Positions 35,805 to 44,421 of a stretch of 64,000 nucleotides of DNA are shown here, piece after piece (within the stretch, counting starts at the first letter, position 1; each line of letters begins with the position of its first letter). Under the pieces are notes generated by a model. It saw only the letters and a program-made list of their open reading frames with translations, did no database searches and was not told where the DNA came from. A program made the position numbers and the translations under genes. This DNA comes from Candidatus Shapirobacteria bacterium (GTDB taxonomy: Bacteria; Patescibacteriota; Microgenomatia; UBA12405): NCBI GenBank assembly GCA_041665485.1, contig JBAYIT010000001.1, forward strand, positions 345,399 through 409,398. Direction: 5' to 3'.

Positions 35805-37023
35805 AATTATGGTGACAATGACCAATTTCCAAAATTACAAACATTTTTTTCCCATCTTTAAAAACAATCCAGATTTGGTGTACTTGGACAGCGGGGCGAC
35901 GACGTTGAAGCCCCAAATAGTGCTCGATAAAATGATGGAGTATTACACTAAATATAGCGCTAATATTCATCGGGGGATTTATGGAATATCAGAAATGGCA
36001 ACGGAGGAGTATGAGAAGTCGAGAGAAAAACTGCGGAAGTTTATTGGTGGACAGGATGGGCAGGTAATATTTACTGGTGGGACAACTGAAGCAATAAATT
36101 TGGTGGCCAGGGGGTGGGGAGATAAAAATTTAGTAGAAGGTGAGGAAATAGTGGTAACAGAAATGGAACACCATTCTAACTTAATTCCATGGCAAGAGTT
36201 GGTAAAGCGCAAAAATTTAAGACTTAAATTCATGACAGTTAACAATTACGAGTTACGAGTTACGAATTTTGGAAAAGTTATTGATAAAAAAACTAGACTA
36301 TTGGCGATAACGCAGGTGAGTAATGTGACCGGGTCAGTTAATCCAATTAAAAAAATAATTGAAGAGGCGAGAAAAATAAATCCGAAAATAGTGGTGGTGG
36401 TGGACGGAGCCCAGGCAGTGGCTCACAGGCCGGTTGACCTGCAGGACTTGGGGTGTGATTTTTATGCATTTTCAGGGCATAAAATGTATGGACCGACAGG
36501 AATTGGAGTGTTGTGGGCAAAAGAAGAAAGATATAAGGAGATGGAACCGATTAAATTTGGCGGGGGGATGATTGCTGAAGTGGGGCTTCTGGAAAGCACA
36601 TTTTCCAGTGGGGTGGAGAAATTTGAGGGGGGCACACCGCCGATTGCCGAAGCTATTGGGATGGGAGTGGCAGTCGATTTTATAGAAAAAATCGGAATGA
36701 CTAAAATCAAAAAACATGAGGAGGAATTAACGGCTTATTTAAGGTTTAAATTAGAAAAAGTTGCCGGTATTAAAACTTTTTCGGCGTGGCAAAGCGGAAT
36801 AGTGGCGATGGAGATCGCCGGAGTTCATCCACACGATGTGGCCCAAATTCTGGCTGACAGGGGAGTATGTGTGCGAGCAGGGCATCATTGCGCTATGCCA
36901 CTTCATAAAGCGCTGGGGGTAGAGGCAACGACACGGGTAAGTTTGGGGATTTATAATACCAAAGAAGATATAGATAAATTAGTTGAGGGACTGGAAGCAG
37001 TTAAGAAAATTTTTAATATCTAA
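35785..37023 (+). CDS. sufS: cysteine desulfurase SufS
   Basis: LDSGATTLKPQIV, HRGIY, PLP-binding FSGHKMYGPTGIGVLW and C-terminal RAGHHCA active-site Cys. In-frame agttacg repeat insert VNNYELRVTNF (36245-36266). Confidence 0.85.
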   Translation: MKLSWRKIMVTMTNFQNYKHFFPIFKNNPDLVYLDSGATTLKPQIVLDKMMEYYTKYSANIHRGIYGISEMATEEYEKSREKLRKFIGGQDGQVIFTGGTTEAINLVARGWGDKNLVEGEEIVVTEMEHHSNLIPWQELVKRKNLRLKFMTVNNYELRVTNFGKVIDKKTRLLAITQVSNVTGSVNPIKKIIEEARKINPKIVVVVDGAQAVAHRPVDLQDLGCDFYAFSGHKMYGPTGIGVLWAKEERYKEMEPIKFGGGMIAEVGLLESTFSSGVEKFEGGTPPIAEAIGMGVAVDFIEKIGMTKIKKHEEELTAYLRFKLEKVAGIKTFSAWQSGIVAMEIAGVHPHDVAQILADRGVCVRAGHHCAMPLHKALGVEATTRVSLGIYNTKEDIDKLVEGLEAVKKIFNI

Positions 37024-37038
37024 TTTCTAAATAAAAAT

Positions 37039-37392
37039 ATGGATGATATATATAGAGATTTAATTATTGATCGGTATCAAAATCCGAAGAACAGGGGAAA
37101 GATTAAAGGGATTGAGGCAAGTGAGGCTAATTTGCTCTGTGGCGATAAACTTTTGATTTCAGCGGAGATAAAAAACGGGGTGATTACTGAAATAAAATTT
37201 GACGGGGGTGGGTGCGCCATTTCGATGGCGGCAGTCGATTTGCTTTTGGATAAAATTAAAGGGAAAAAATTAAGTGAGATTAAAAAAATGAGTGGCAAAG
37301 AGGTTGAGGAAATGATGGGAGTAGAGCTCACTCCGGCACGCAAAAAATGCGCCTATTTAGGTTTGGAAGTTGTCAAAAAGCTGGGGGAGTAA
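37039..37392 (+). CDS. sufU: SUF-system Fe-S scaffold / sulfur acceptor SufU (IscU/NifU-like)
   Basis: NPKNRG, LLCGDKLLI and DGGGCAISMAAVD match SufU conserved Cys/Asp ligand regions. Confidence 0.8.
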   Translation: MDDIYRDLIIDRYQNPKNRGKIKGIEASEANLLCGDKLLISAEIKNGVITEIKFDGGGCAISMAAVDLLLDKIKGKKLSEIKKMSGKEVEEMMGVELTPARKKCAYLGLEVVKKLGE

Positions 37393-37404
37393 AAAATTCT
37401 TTTG

Positions 37405-37477
37405 AGCCTGAAGTCGGACTTGGACCGACGACCTAGCGTTTACAAAACGCTTGCTCTACCAACTGAGCTATTCAGGC
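37405..37477 (-). tRNA. tRNA-Thr (anticodon TGT)
   Basis: Reverse complement gcctgaatagctcagttggtagagc a agcgt ttTGTaa acgct aggtc gtcgg tccaagt ccgac ttcaggc t folds as a cloverleaf. Confidence 0.85.
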
Positions 37478-37623
37478 TAATTGTAAAATTGCGACGACCT
37501 GTCCGAAAGCCTTCGGACTGCTCTGTCTCCCCGATATTGTGATCGGGGTCGTCCCCTGGACGAAACTGTGGGGTTTAGCCCCACTCCGGTTCCATACCGG
37601 AGAGCTATTCAGGCAAGATTCCA

Positions 37624-37727
37624 ACGTCATTGTGAGGATCCCGATAGCTATCGGGAGACGAAGCAATCTCAATGAGATCGCCACGGCCTTTGGCCTTCCG
37701 TCTGAGCCGGACGCGGCGCGATGACGT
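37624..37727. repeat. REP/MITE-like palindromic element, copy 2 (reverse orientation, with about 30-bp internal insert)
   Basis: Reverse complement reads acgtcatcgcg[ccgcgtccggctcagacgg]aaggccaaaggccgtggcgatctcattgagattgcttcgtctc..cctcacaatgacgt. Part of a GC-rich, hairpin-dense intergenic stretch at 37480-37740. Confidence 0.7.
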
Positions 37728-37782
37728 GGGTGTGAAACTGGCTAATTATAACAAGAGGAGGTGGGTAGAGTAGAATAGGAGA

Positions 37783-38943
37783 GTGAAAAAGAAAGTTTTA
37801 GTATTGACTGACGAGTTACCTTGGGGGCATCGGTCGATTGCTAAATCAATTTATGGTTATTTGAAAGCAAGAGAGAAAGAAGGTAATATTGAAGTCGAAT
37901 TTGTTCAAGTAAAGGCTAATATAGGAATTGGCTTTGATGCTTACAACTTTATTTATAAGTATTGGCCAAGTAGTAATATTGTGGCTCATCGGCTGATGCA
38001 CAATGAAACAGCCAGAGAATTGTTTAGGGAGATGTCGGTGCGGAATTTACCCGGTTTGCAAAAGACGGTCAAGTGGTATAAACCTGATTTGATAATTTCG
38101 GCCTATTTTCTTCATAGTAATTCACTGGCTAAATGGAAAGAGAATGATAGGGGATTAACGTGGAAGCTGTGGACAATCGTGGCTGATCCGTGGACAATAA
38201 ACCCGATTTCTTATGTGACAGGAGCTGATAAACATATCGTGTATGACAAAGTGGGAGTAGAATTGGCGCCGAAATATGGTGTGGCCAAGGAAAATGTCTT
38301 AGCAACTGGCTGGTGGACTCGAGAAGAGATGTTTAAGAAATACAATAAAGTTGAGGCCAGAAAGAAGCTGGGAATTGAGGATGACCGGCCGGTAATTTTT
38401 GTGGGAGGGGGAAGTTTGGGAAATAGTGCCTTACCAAAAATATTACCAGCTTTAATGGTGGTTAAGAGACCGGTGGGAATGGTGTTTAATGCCGGGACAG
38501 ATAAGTTGGCTCTTAATTTGGTAACTGAATTCGACAAACTCTATCGGAAAGTTAAAAAAGATAATTTAGTAAAGATTGTTAATTACGGTTGGATTGAAAA
38601 TATCGCTGAGGTCCTGGCTGGGGTGGATATAGTCTTTGGAAAAGCCGGGCCAAACTTTTTATTTGATGTGGTGGCAGCCAGAAAGCCGTTTGTGGCAATG
38701 ATGCATATCAGTGGCCAAGAAGATGGAAATCTTGACATAATTAGAAAAAAGAAATTGGGATGGATTAAAGAAAAAAGTGGAGAATTAGGTGATTTTATGA
38801 TGGAGTATTTGGAAGATCCGGAAAAGTACAATCAAAAGTTTACGGCGACGATTGAAAAAGAAGCGAGAACAAATGAGGGAAGTTTAGAGAAGGTTTGGCA
38901 GGAGCTTTTAAAAGAAATGCCCACCAAAAGTGTTTCCCAATAG
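37783..38943 (+). CDS. diacylglycerol glycosyltransferase (MGDG synthase/UgtP-like, GT28)
   Basis: N-terminal KVLVLTDELPWGHRSIAKSI resembles the MGDG_synth N-terminal motif (ILILTA..G.GH.SAA.AL). Size and a C-terminal GT-B-like region fit. Confidence 0.55.
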   Translation: MKKKVLVLTDELPWGHRSIAKSIYGYLKAREKEGNIEVEFVQVKANIGIGFDAYNFIYKYWPSSNIVAHRLMHNETARELFREMSVRNLPGLQKTVKWYKPDLIISAYFLHSNSLAKWKENDRGLTWKLWTIVADPWTINPISYVTGADKHIVYDKVGVELAPKYGVAKENVLATGWWTREEMFKKYNKVEARKKLGIEDDRPVIFVGGGSLGNSALPKILPALMVVKRPVGMVFNAGTDKLALNLVTEFDKLYRKVKKDNLVKIVNYGWIENIAEVLAGVDIVFGKAGPNFLFDVVAARKPFVAMMHISGQEDGNLDIIRKKKLGWIKEKSGELGDFMMEYLEDPEKYNQKFTATIEKEARTNEGSLEKVWQELLKEMPTKSVSQ

Positions 38944-39093
38944 CGGCTTTTCCACGCTAAAGAACAGAACGTGGGGAGAACTATCTCGAAACGTAAAACG
39001 GATCGAGAACGCGTCCTCCATTTTCAAGGGTTAGCTAGAAAAAACACCCTCTTAGGATTTTGTACCTTCTGGTAGGCCTTTTATTTTAACACA

Positions 39094-39831
39094 TTAGCGA
39101 CAGGTGATTGGGCGATTAGCACAGACATTGCTAGCATAGGCTTTCCAAAGACTTAGTGGCTTACAACTAGTTGGTCCACCCATAGTTTCTTGCCAACCAT
39201 CGGTACATTCTATATCGAGATAGTGATAATTATCGGCACCACAATTCCCCCGAACATTGTATTTCTGTAACTTTATCTTGTCACAGGAAATACTTGCTGG
39301 AGTTGGGGTTGGCATAATGGAAACTTGTGGTGTTGGCATAGCAGAAACACGAGGGGTAGGCATAATGGAAACTGGTGGAGTCGGTATGATTGCTGTTGGA
39401 CAGAAAGGTCTAATTGTCTCCAATAGTTTAATACATGAGCTTGGTTTTTCTAGACAATCATTTTGAATAAAAGCCATAATGACGGAACAAGGGACTGATT
39501 GTCCTATGGTAACTGGTGTTGGTGTTAGATATGTAGTTGGGAAAGGGCGAGCAATGACACAAATGTTATTTATACACATCTCCCCACCTCTGTAATCGCA
39601 GTCAAAATCACTCTGACATTTTTTGGGAATATTTGAAGTTGGGGTTGGAGTGTTGGTGGGTCTGATGGCTGTGGTTGGATAGACAGTTTGTGTTGGAGTG
39701 GGAGTTGGTATTGGATTGGTGATGGTCAGACCGAGAATACCCCCTTTCTTGGTTTGATCGATGAGGTTAACAGTAGTAAGAGAAATAAAGCAGATAACGA
39801 GAGCAATAATAGCTGTTTTAGTGGTGTTCAT
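39094..39831 (-). CDS. hypothetical secreted Cys-rich, Pro/Thr-rich protein
   Basis: Signal peptide MNTTKTAIIALVICFISLTTVNLI. PTPTPTQT linkers and many Cys residues. Confidence 0.5.
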   Translation of the reverse strand: MNTTKTAIIALVICFISLTTVNLIDQTKKGGILGLTITNPIPTPTPTQTVYPTTAIRPTNTPTPTSNIPKKCQSDFDCDYRGGEMCINNICVIARPFPTTYLTPTPVTIGQSVPCSVIMAFIQNDCLEKPSSCIKLLETIRPFCPTAIIPTPPVSIMPTPRVSAMPTPQVSIMPTPTPASISCDKIKLQKYNVRGNCGADNYHYLDIECTDGWQETMGGPTSCKPLSLWKAYASNVCANRPITCR

Positions 39832-39879
39832 AGTATAAAGGTATACTGGTGTAAATTTTCTGTCAACAGTTAATTCTCT

Positions 39880-40488
39880 CTAGAAAAGCAGATGGAGGAG
39901 GAAGGTGGTGGGAGGGGAGAGGATGAGGGAGAGAATGTTGCTGGAACCAAAGGGGAGGATGAAGAGAAAGATGAGGATAAGTTGGCCGTAACGGCCCAAG
40001 CTTTCTTCCCAGTTTAGGGAAGATTCCAAAGGTAAAAGATTAAGAAAAATTTTAGAACCATCGAGGGGGGGCAAGGGGAGGAGATTAAAGAGAGCAAGAG
40101 AAATATTGATAAGAGCAAAAACATAAAGAATGGGAGTAAGAGAGGAAGGGAGAAAATTATTTGAAAGTCCGGCTAGTAGGGCAAGAAGCAAATTACTGCC
40201 GGGGCCGGCCAGAGAAACTAAAAGTTCATCGCGACGGGGGGAGCGGAAATTATAGGGGTCAATTTGAACCGGTTTACCCCAACCAAAGTGGGCGATAATA
40301 AGCATTAAAGTTCCAATTGGGTCGAGATGACGAAGAGGGTTGAGAGACAGTCGGCCAAGACTTCTGGGAGTTGGGTCGCCTAGACGATCGGCGACTAGGG
40401 CGTGGGCAAATTCATGGACAGTAATGGCGACAACAAGAATGATGAGAGAAAGTGGGTTTAGCATGATGGGTTTTTGTAATATGGCCAA
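39880..40488 (-). CDS. M50-family (site-2 protease-like) membrane metallopeptidase
   Basis: HEFAHALVA (HExxH) inside a TM segment. DPIGTLML and LAGPGSNLLLA are typical of M50B peptidases. Confidence 0.75.
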   Translation of the reverse strand: MAILQKPIMLNPLSLIILVVAITVHEFAHALVADRLGDPTPRSLGRLSLNPLRHLDPIGTLMLIIAHFGWGKPVQIDPYNFRSPRRDELLVSLAGPGSNLLLALLAGLSNNFLPSSLTPILYVFALINISLALFNLLPLPPLDGSKIFLNLLPLESSLNWEESLGRYGQLILIFLFILPFGSSNILSLILSPPTTFLLHLLF

Positions 40489-40517
40489 ACAAGAAAGGCT
40501 GTGTTATAGTATACGAC

Positions 40518-40739
40518 ATGAGAAGAGTCTGTGGATTGTGCGGTAAGGGGACGGTTATTTTGCGCAACCGTTCTCACGCCCAAAATCGAACCCCAAAAAG
40601 CTACAAGGCCAATGTTCAGCGGGTGACAATAAAAGTAAAAGAGGGTGAAGTTTCCGGTGATTTTTGCACAAAGTGTATCAAGAGAGTGAAAAGGGATATG
40701 GGAGCCAACCAAAAACTCCGACCTGAGGCCGGAGTTTAA
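40518..40739 (+). CDS. rpmB: 50S ribosomal protein L28
   Basis: MRRVCGLCGKGTVILRNRSHAQNRTPKSYKANVQRVTIKV matches L28 (MSRVCQVTGKRP..GNNRSHA.N.T.R.F.PNLQ). Zinc-binding Cys pairs present. Confidence 0.8.
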   Translation: MRRVCGLCGKGTVILRNRSHAQNRTPKSYKANVQRVTIKVKEGEVSGDFCTKCIKRVKRDMGANQKLRPEAGV

Positions 40740-41000
40740 GGATTAAAAAAGACAAGGACTACTTTTTTTTAGCTTTTTTAACGGTTTTCTTTTTGGCCAC
40801 TTTTTTAACGGCCTTTTTTACTTTTTTGACTGGCATGTTTGTTTCCTCCTTTGATAAAATTTAGACAGAAAATATAATAAATGTCAAAATAATAAAATCC
40901 TATTTTTAGGGTAGAATTAACTAAAATGAATTCAAAAATCAAGATGAGCTATAAAAGATCGATTGAGAGATAATCCCGACGTTGCCGATGAATTTGAGTA

Positions 41001-41870
41001 TCAAATAGTATCAAAATTTGATTTTATAGTATCCCAAGAAGTTGGTTTTTTGCCTTCAATTTGGACAATTAGTGGTTCGAGATTTGTGATTTTCAAACGC
41101 TCTTTTTTGGGAGTAATCGTCCAGATTCCAGGCCAGGGAACGAAGGCGCGAAAGAGATGGTCGAGATCAGTATTGAATTTGGGATGAATAATTTGGTGAT
41201 TATTTAGATATTTTTGAAAAAACTGCCAATCGATGAAGCCATCGTCGCGAGTGATTTGACGGGCATAGATTAGATGTTGGATGTTAGATCCTAGATCCTG
41301 GGGAGCAAGATGATAATTACCGGTGGCAATTTGGGGAAGAAGTTCGAGTGATTTTTGGCCAGCCAAACAGTAAAGAGAATCATAGAGAGCCTCACGGGTG
41401 TCGGTGGGTATTATGGGAATGGGATATTGGGCGATAATTTCGCCACGATCGAATTGGCTTGACATCTTGATAAAGGTAATGCCGGTTTCAGATTCGCCAT
41501 TGATAATGGCCCACTCGACTGGGAAACGACCAGCGTAGTTGGGGAGGAGAGATTGATGAATGTTGATAGCCATAACCTTGGAGAAATTGAGCCATTTTTC
41601 GTTGATCAATTTTCCAAACCCTGAAACTAAAATAAAATCGGGCCGAGTCAAACTCGATGGGATTTGATCAAGAGTTTCGAGGGGAAAACATGGGATTTTG
41701 TTGTCTTCGGCGTAAATTTGAGTGGGGTTTTTAGTGAGAACTAATTTGTCGCCGGGGCGGGGCGGGGTGGTGACAACGCCGATAATATCGAATTGGTGGC
41801 TTTGGGCAAGAAGGTCGAGAGTGAGGACGGAATAGTGTTGGAATGAGCCAAAAAAAATAATTGAATTCAT
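41001..41870 (-). CDS. fmt: methionyl-tRNA formyltransferase
   Basis: N-terminal IIFFGSF..DIIGVVTTPPRP, INIHQSLLPNYAGRFPVEWAIINGESETGIT and the C-terminal domain fit Fmt. In-frame gatctta-family repeat insert (41270-41305). Confidence 0.85.
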   Translation of the reverse strand: MNSIIFFGSFQHYSVLTLDLLAQSHQFDIIGVVTTPPRPGDKLVLTKNPTQIYAEDNKIPCFPLETLDQIPSSLTRPDFILVSGFGKLINEKWLNFSKVMAINIHQSLLPNYAGRFPVEWAIINGESETGITFIKMSSQFDRGEIIAQYPIPIIPTDTREALYDSLYCLAGQKSLELLPQIATGNYHLAPQDLGSNIQHLIYARQITRDDGFIDWQFFQKYLNNHQIIHPKFNTDLDHLFRAFVPWPGIWTITPKKERLKITNLEPLIVQIEGKKPTSWDTIKSNFDTI

Positions 41871-41904
41871 GGGCTAATTATATCGGATTTGTTAAAATAG
41901 AGGC

Positions 41905-42459
41905 GTGAGACGAATTTTGACTTATCCTGACCCAATTTTGAGAACTAAAACGAAAGAAGTTAAGGCGGTTGACGAGAAACTGCTTGGTGAAATTAATGAG
42001 TTGAAGGAGATTTTATTAAAGAGTGAAAATGGGGCGGGGCTGGCGGCTACTCAAATTGGGTCGGCGGGCAGGTTTTTTGGATTGAAAAATTTGAGTAAAA
42101 AAAAGACGGAAGTTTTTATTAATCCAAAAATTACCAAATTTTGGGGAGAAAAGACATATCCTCGAATTATAAAAAACAAGGATGAGTCGGAAGATTTTCT
42201 GGAAGGTTGTTTGTCGTTTCCCAATTATTACGGCACAGTGAAGAGATATTTAAAGATAGAGGTGGAGTGGGATGAAATTAGGAGTAAGGAACTTGGTACG
42301 AGGAAAAAGGTGTTGGAAGGGTTTGAGGCGATTGTTTGGCAACATGAAGCAGATCATTTGGATGGGATTTTGTTTATTGACCATATAAAGCGGGACGGGG
42401 GAAAGTTGTATTGGTGGGAAGGAGAAACTAAAAAAGAGATATTAGATCCTAGATTTTAG
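41905..42459 (+). CDS. def: peptide deformylase
   Basis: GAGLAATQIG, EGCLSFP and HEADHLDG are the three canonical PDF motifs. Confidence 0.9.
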   Translation: MRRILTYPDPILRTKTKEVKAVDEKLLGEINELKEILLKSENGAGLAATQIGSAGRFFGLKNLSKKKTEVFINPKITKFWGEKTYPRIIKNKDESEDFLEGCLSFPNYYGTVKRYLKIEVEWDEIRSKELGTRKKVLEGFEAIVWQHEADHLDGILFIDHIKRDGGKLYWWEGETKKEILDPRF

Positions 42460-44393
42460 ATGTTAGATTTTTTGATTTTGTCGAGGTACTTTTGAGCATC
42501 AATGTTGGTGGGGGCAAATTTGAGGGTAGATTCAAATAGTTGACGGGCTTCGGAGTATTTTTTTTGATTAAAGTAGATTTTGCCGAGATTAAAAAGGGCG
42601 TGGTCGTAGTTGGATTTGAGAGCAATGGCTTGTTGATAGTATTTAGTGGCGGTGGTTTCGTCTTTATTAAGTTCGTTAAAGTAGCCTAGGAGATAAAAGC
42701 TTTTGGCGTCGGTGGGGGCTAATTTAACGACTTGCTCTAGGCTATTAATTGAGGCAGAGATCATTTTAGGGTCGAGGGCCGAGAGATAAAAATAATTTTG
42801 GGCTGATTGCTTCCAAAAATTAGTATTGGCGGGAGAGATTTCTAGGGCGAGTTGGGTGAATTGAAGGGATTGACTGGAATAGAGCTTTTTTGACTCCGGA
42901 TTAGAAATGGCGACGGCTAACTTAGCGGTAATTGAGCCGGCGGAGATTAAATATTCCGGTTCGTTTGGCGATAGTTTTAGAGCTAAAATAATTTGAGTCA
43001 AGGCAGGTTGAATTTGGTTTTGGGAGTCAAGAGTTGAGGCTTTGGCAAAACAGATATCGGCCAAAAACAATTTGGAAATTTGGAGTAAGAGAAATAAGGG
43101 GATAATTAAGACTAAAAACAAAAAAGATCGTCGATCGTCGATCGTCGATGGTCGATTATTTTCATTTAGAACGAGGGCGGGGAGGAGAAAGAGGTAGAGA
43201 GAGGTGATGACGATGGAAAAGCCAGTGAGGTTGGTGATGAGAATTGACAAGAAAGAAATGGTAATTGGTAATCGGTAATTGGTAATCGGTAATTTGAGAA
43301 ATAAATATAGAATAGAAAAAATAAGAATAAGATAGGTGAGGAGGCCGAAGGTGCCGGTGGTGGCGGAAAAATTAAGATATTCGTTGTGGGCTTTGTTGTA
43401 GAGGAAATCCCATTCGGAGGTGAGATTGTGAGACGAAGGCCTGGTCCAATAATAGGAATAAGCAAAGGTTTCGACACCGGTGCCAAAGAGTGGGTAGTGG
43501 CGCCAGAGATCGAAAGCGCCTTGCCAGACGATTTTGCGAATATCCTGACTAGGAGTGATATTGATGTTTTGTGACTCGTGATTAGTGATCGGTGATCCGG
43601 TTTTAGAAGGGAACACGAGGTCTTTGATGGGATTGTTGATGATGAGAGTTAGAGTCAAAAGTAAAAAGTAAAAAGTGAAAAGTGAAAGCTTATTTTTTTG
43701 TTTTTGAATTAGAGAAAGGACAAAAAATAAAAACAAACAAACAAGGGCGGTGAGGATGCCGGTTTTGGATTTGGTAGAGAGAAGACAAAAATAGAAACAA
43801 GAACTAAGAGCTAAGAAATAAGATTTATTAATAAAACTCTTTGAATTTAGAAATTTAAAGAGAGAAAAGGGGAGGAGGAGGCAGAGATAGGCGGATAACC
43901 AATTGGGCTGGCCGAAAGTGGAGAAAACTCGTGATTGAACATCCTGAACCCAGTAGGTTTTATCAATGCCAAAGTGTTGGGCTATGCCATAGAGAGAAAC
44001 TATAAATCCAGAGATTAGGGAATAATTAATAATTTTGGATTTTAATTCTTCGGTAATGTGAACAGACAAAATAAAATAGAGAAGAACAAAACAGACAGTG
44101 GAAATTAGGCCACCATTGAGGCGGGAATAGTAACCAAAAAGTGAAGTGTGAATGTCGATGGAAAAAATAGTAGAAATAACTTGGGAAGTTAAAAACAAAA
44201 GAAGGGGAATGGTGAGAAGGGTGGAGCGAAGGAGGTGGTTCTTACCTTTAATCCAGCCATAAAGATGTAAAGTAAGAATGGTAAGGGTGGCAATATAAAC
44301 AAAATACATTTTGGGGACTTCAAAAAGCTCGGAATTTAGGGGGGAATAGAGGAGAGGGGTGAGAAAAAAGAGAAGACAGTAGAGAAAGTTCAT
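42456..44393 (-). CDS. O-antigen ligase (Wzy_C)-family polytopic membrane protein with C-terminal TPR repeats
   Basis: About 10 TM helices, Wzy_C-like WQGAFDLWRHYPLFGTGVETF, and C-terminal TPR-like repeats. Contains in-frame inserts of three repeat families plus a (cgatcgt)4 heptamer microsatellite at 43125-43160. Confidence 0.6.
   Translation of the reverse strand: MNFLYCLLFFLTPLLYSPLNSELFEVPKMYFVYIATLTILTLHLYGWIKGKNHLLRSTLLTIPLLLFLTSQVISTIFSIDIHTSLFGYYSRLNGGLISTVCFVLLYFILSVHITEELKSKIINYSLISGFIVSLYGIAQHFGIDKTYWVQDVQSRVFSTFGQPNWLSAYLCLLLPFSLFKFLNSKSFINKSYFLALSSCFYFCLLSTKSKTGILTALVCLFLFFVLSLIQKQKNKLSLFTFYFLLLTLTLIINNPIKDLVFPSKTGSPITNHESQNINITPSQDIRKIVWQGAFDLWRHYPLFGTGVETFAYSYYWTRPSSHNLTSEWDFLYNKAHNEYLNFSATTGTFGLLTYLILIFSILYLFLKLPITNYRLPITISFLSILITNLTGFSIVITSLYLFLLPALVLNENNRPSTIDDRRSFLFLVLIIPLFLLLQISKLFLADICFAKASTLDSQNQIQPALTQIILALKLSPNEPEYLISAGSITAKLAVAISNPESKKLYSSQSLQFTQLALEISPANTNFWKQSAQNYFYLSALDPKMISASINSLEQVVKLAPTDAKSFYLLGYFNELNKDETTATKYYQQAIALKSNYDHALFNLGKIYFNQKKYSEARQLFESTLKFAPTNIDAQKYLDKIKKSNI
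43258..43296. repeat. ggtaat[ct] heptamer tandem array (in-frame in Wzy-like gene)
   Basis: gtaattggtaatcggtaattggtaatcggtaatt encodes LPITNYRLPITI on the minus strand. Confidence 0.8.
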
Positions 44394-44421
44394 GTGGTTT
44401 ATATTATAATCGTGTTACTTT

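Noticed and set aside
37465-37623. 13-bp direct repeat of the tRNA-Thr 5' end (gagctattcaggc) as an integrase att site
   Set aside because: Integrative elements duplicate the tRNA 3' end, not the 5' end. A 13-mer coincidence at this distance is not strongly significant, and no integrase gene is adjacent.
37480-37740. tmRNA, RNase P RNA or SRP RNA in the GC-rich structured region next to tRNA-Thr
   Set aside because: None of the conserved cores was found on either strand: the tmRNA tRNA-like ends and tag ORF, the RNase P GGAAAGTCCGGGCTCC / AGGGTGAAA motifs, or the SRP GGAAGCAGCC. Most of the region is explained by an inverted REP-like copy plus short hairpins.
40740-41000. Promoter or terminator calls in the A/T-rich rpmB-fmt spacer
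   Set aside because: Runs of ttttttaacgg look terminator-like in both directions, but no stable GC stem precedes them. Left unannotated apart from the small-ORF note.
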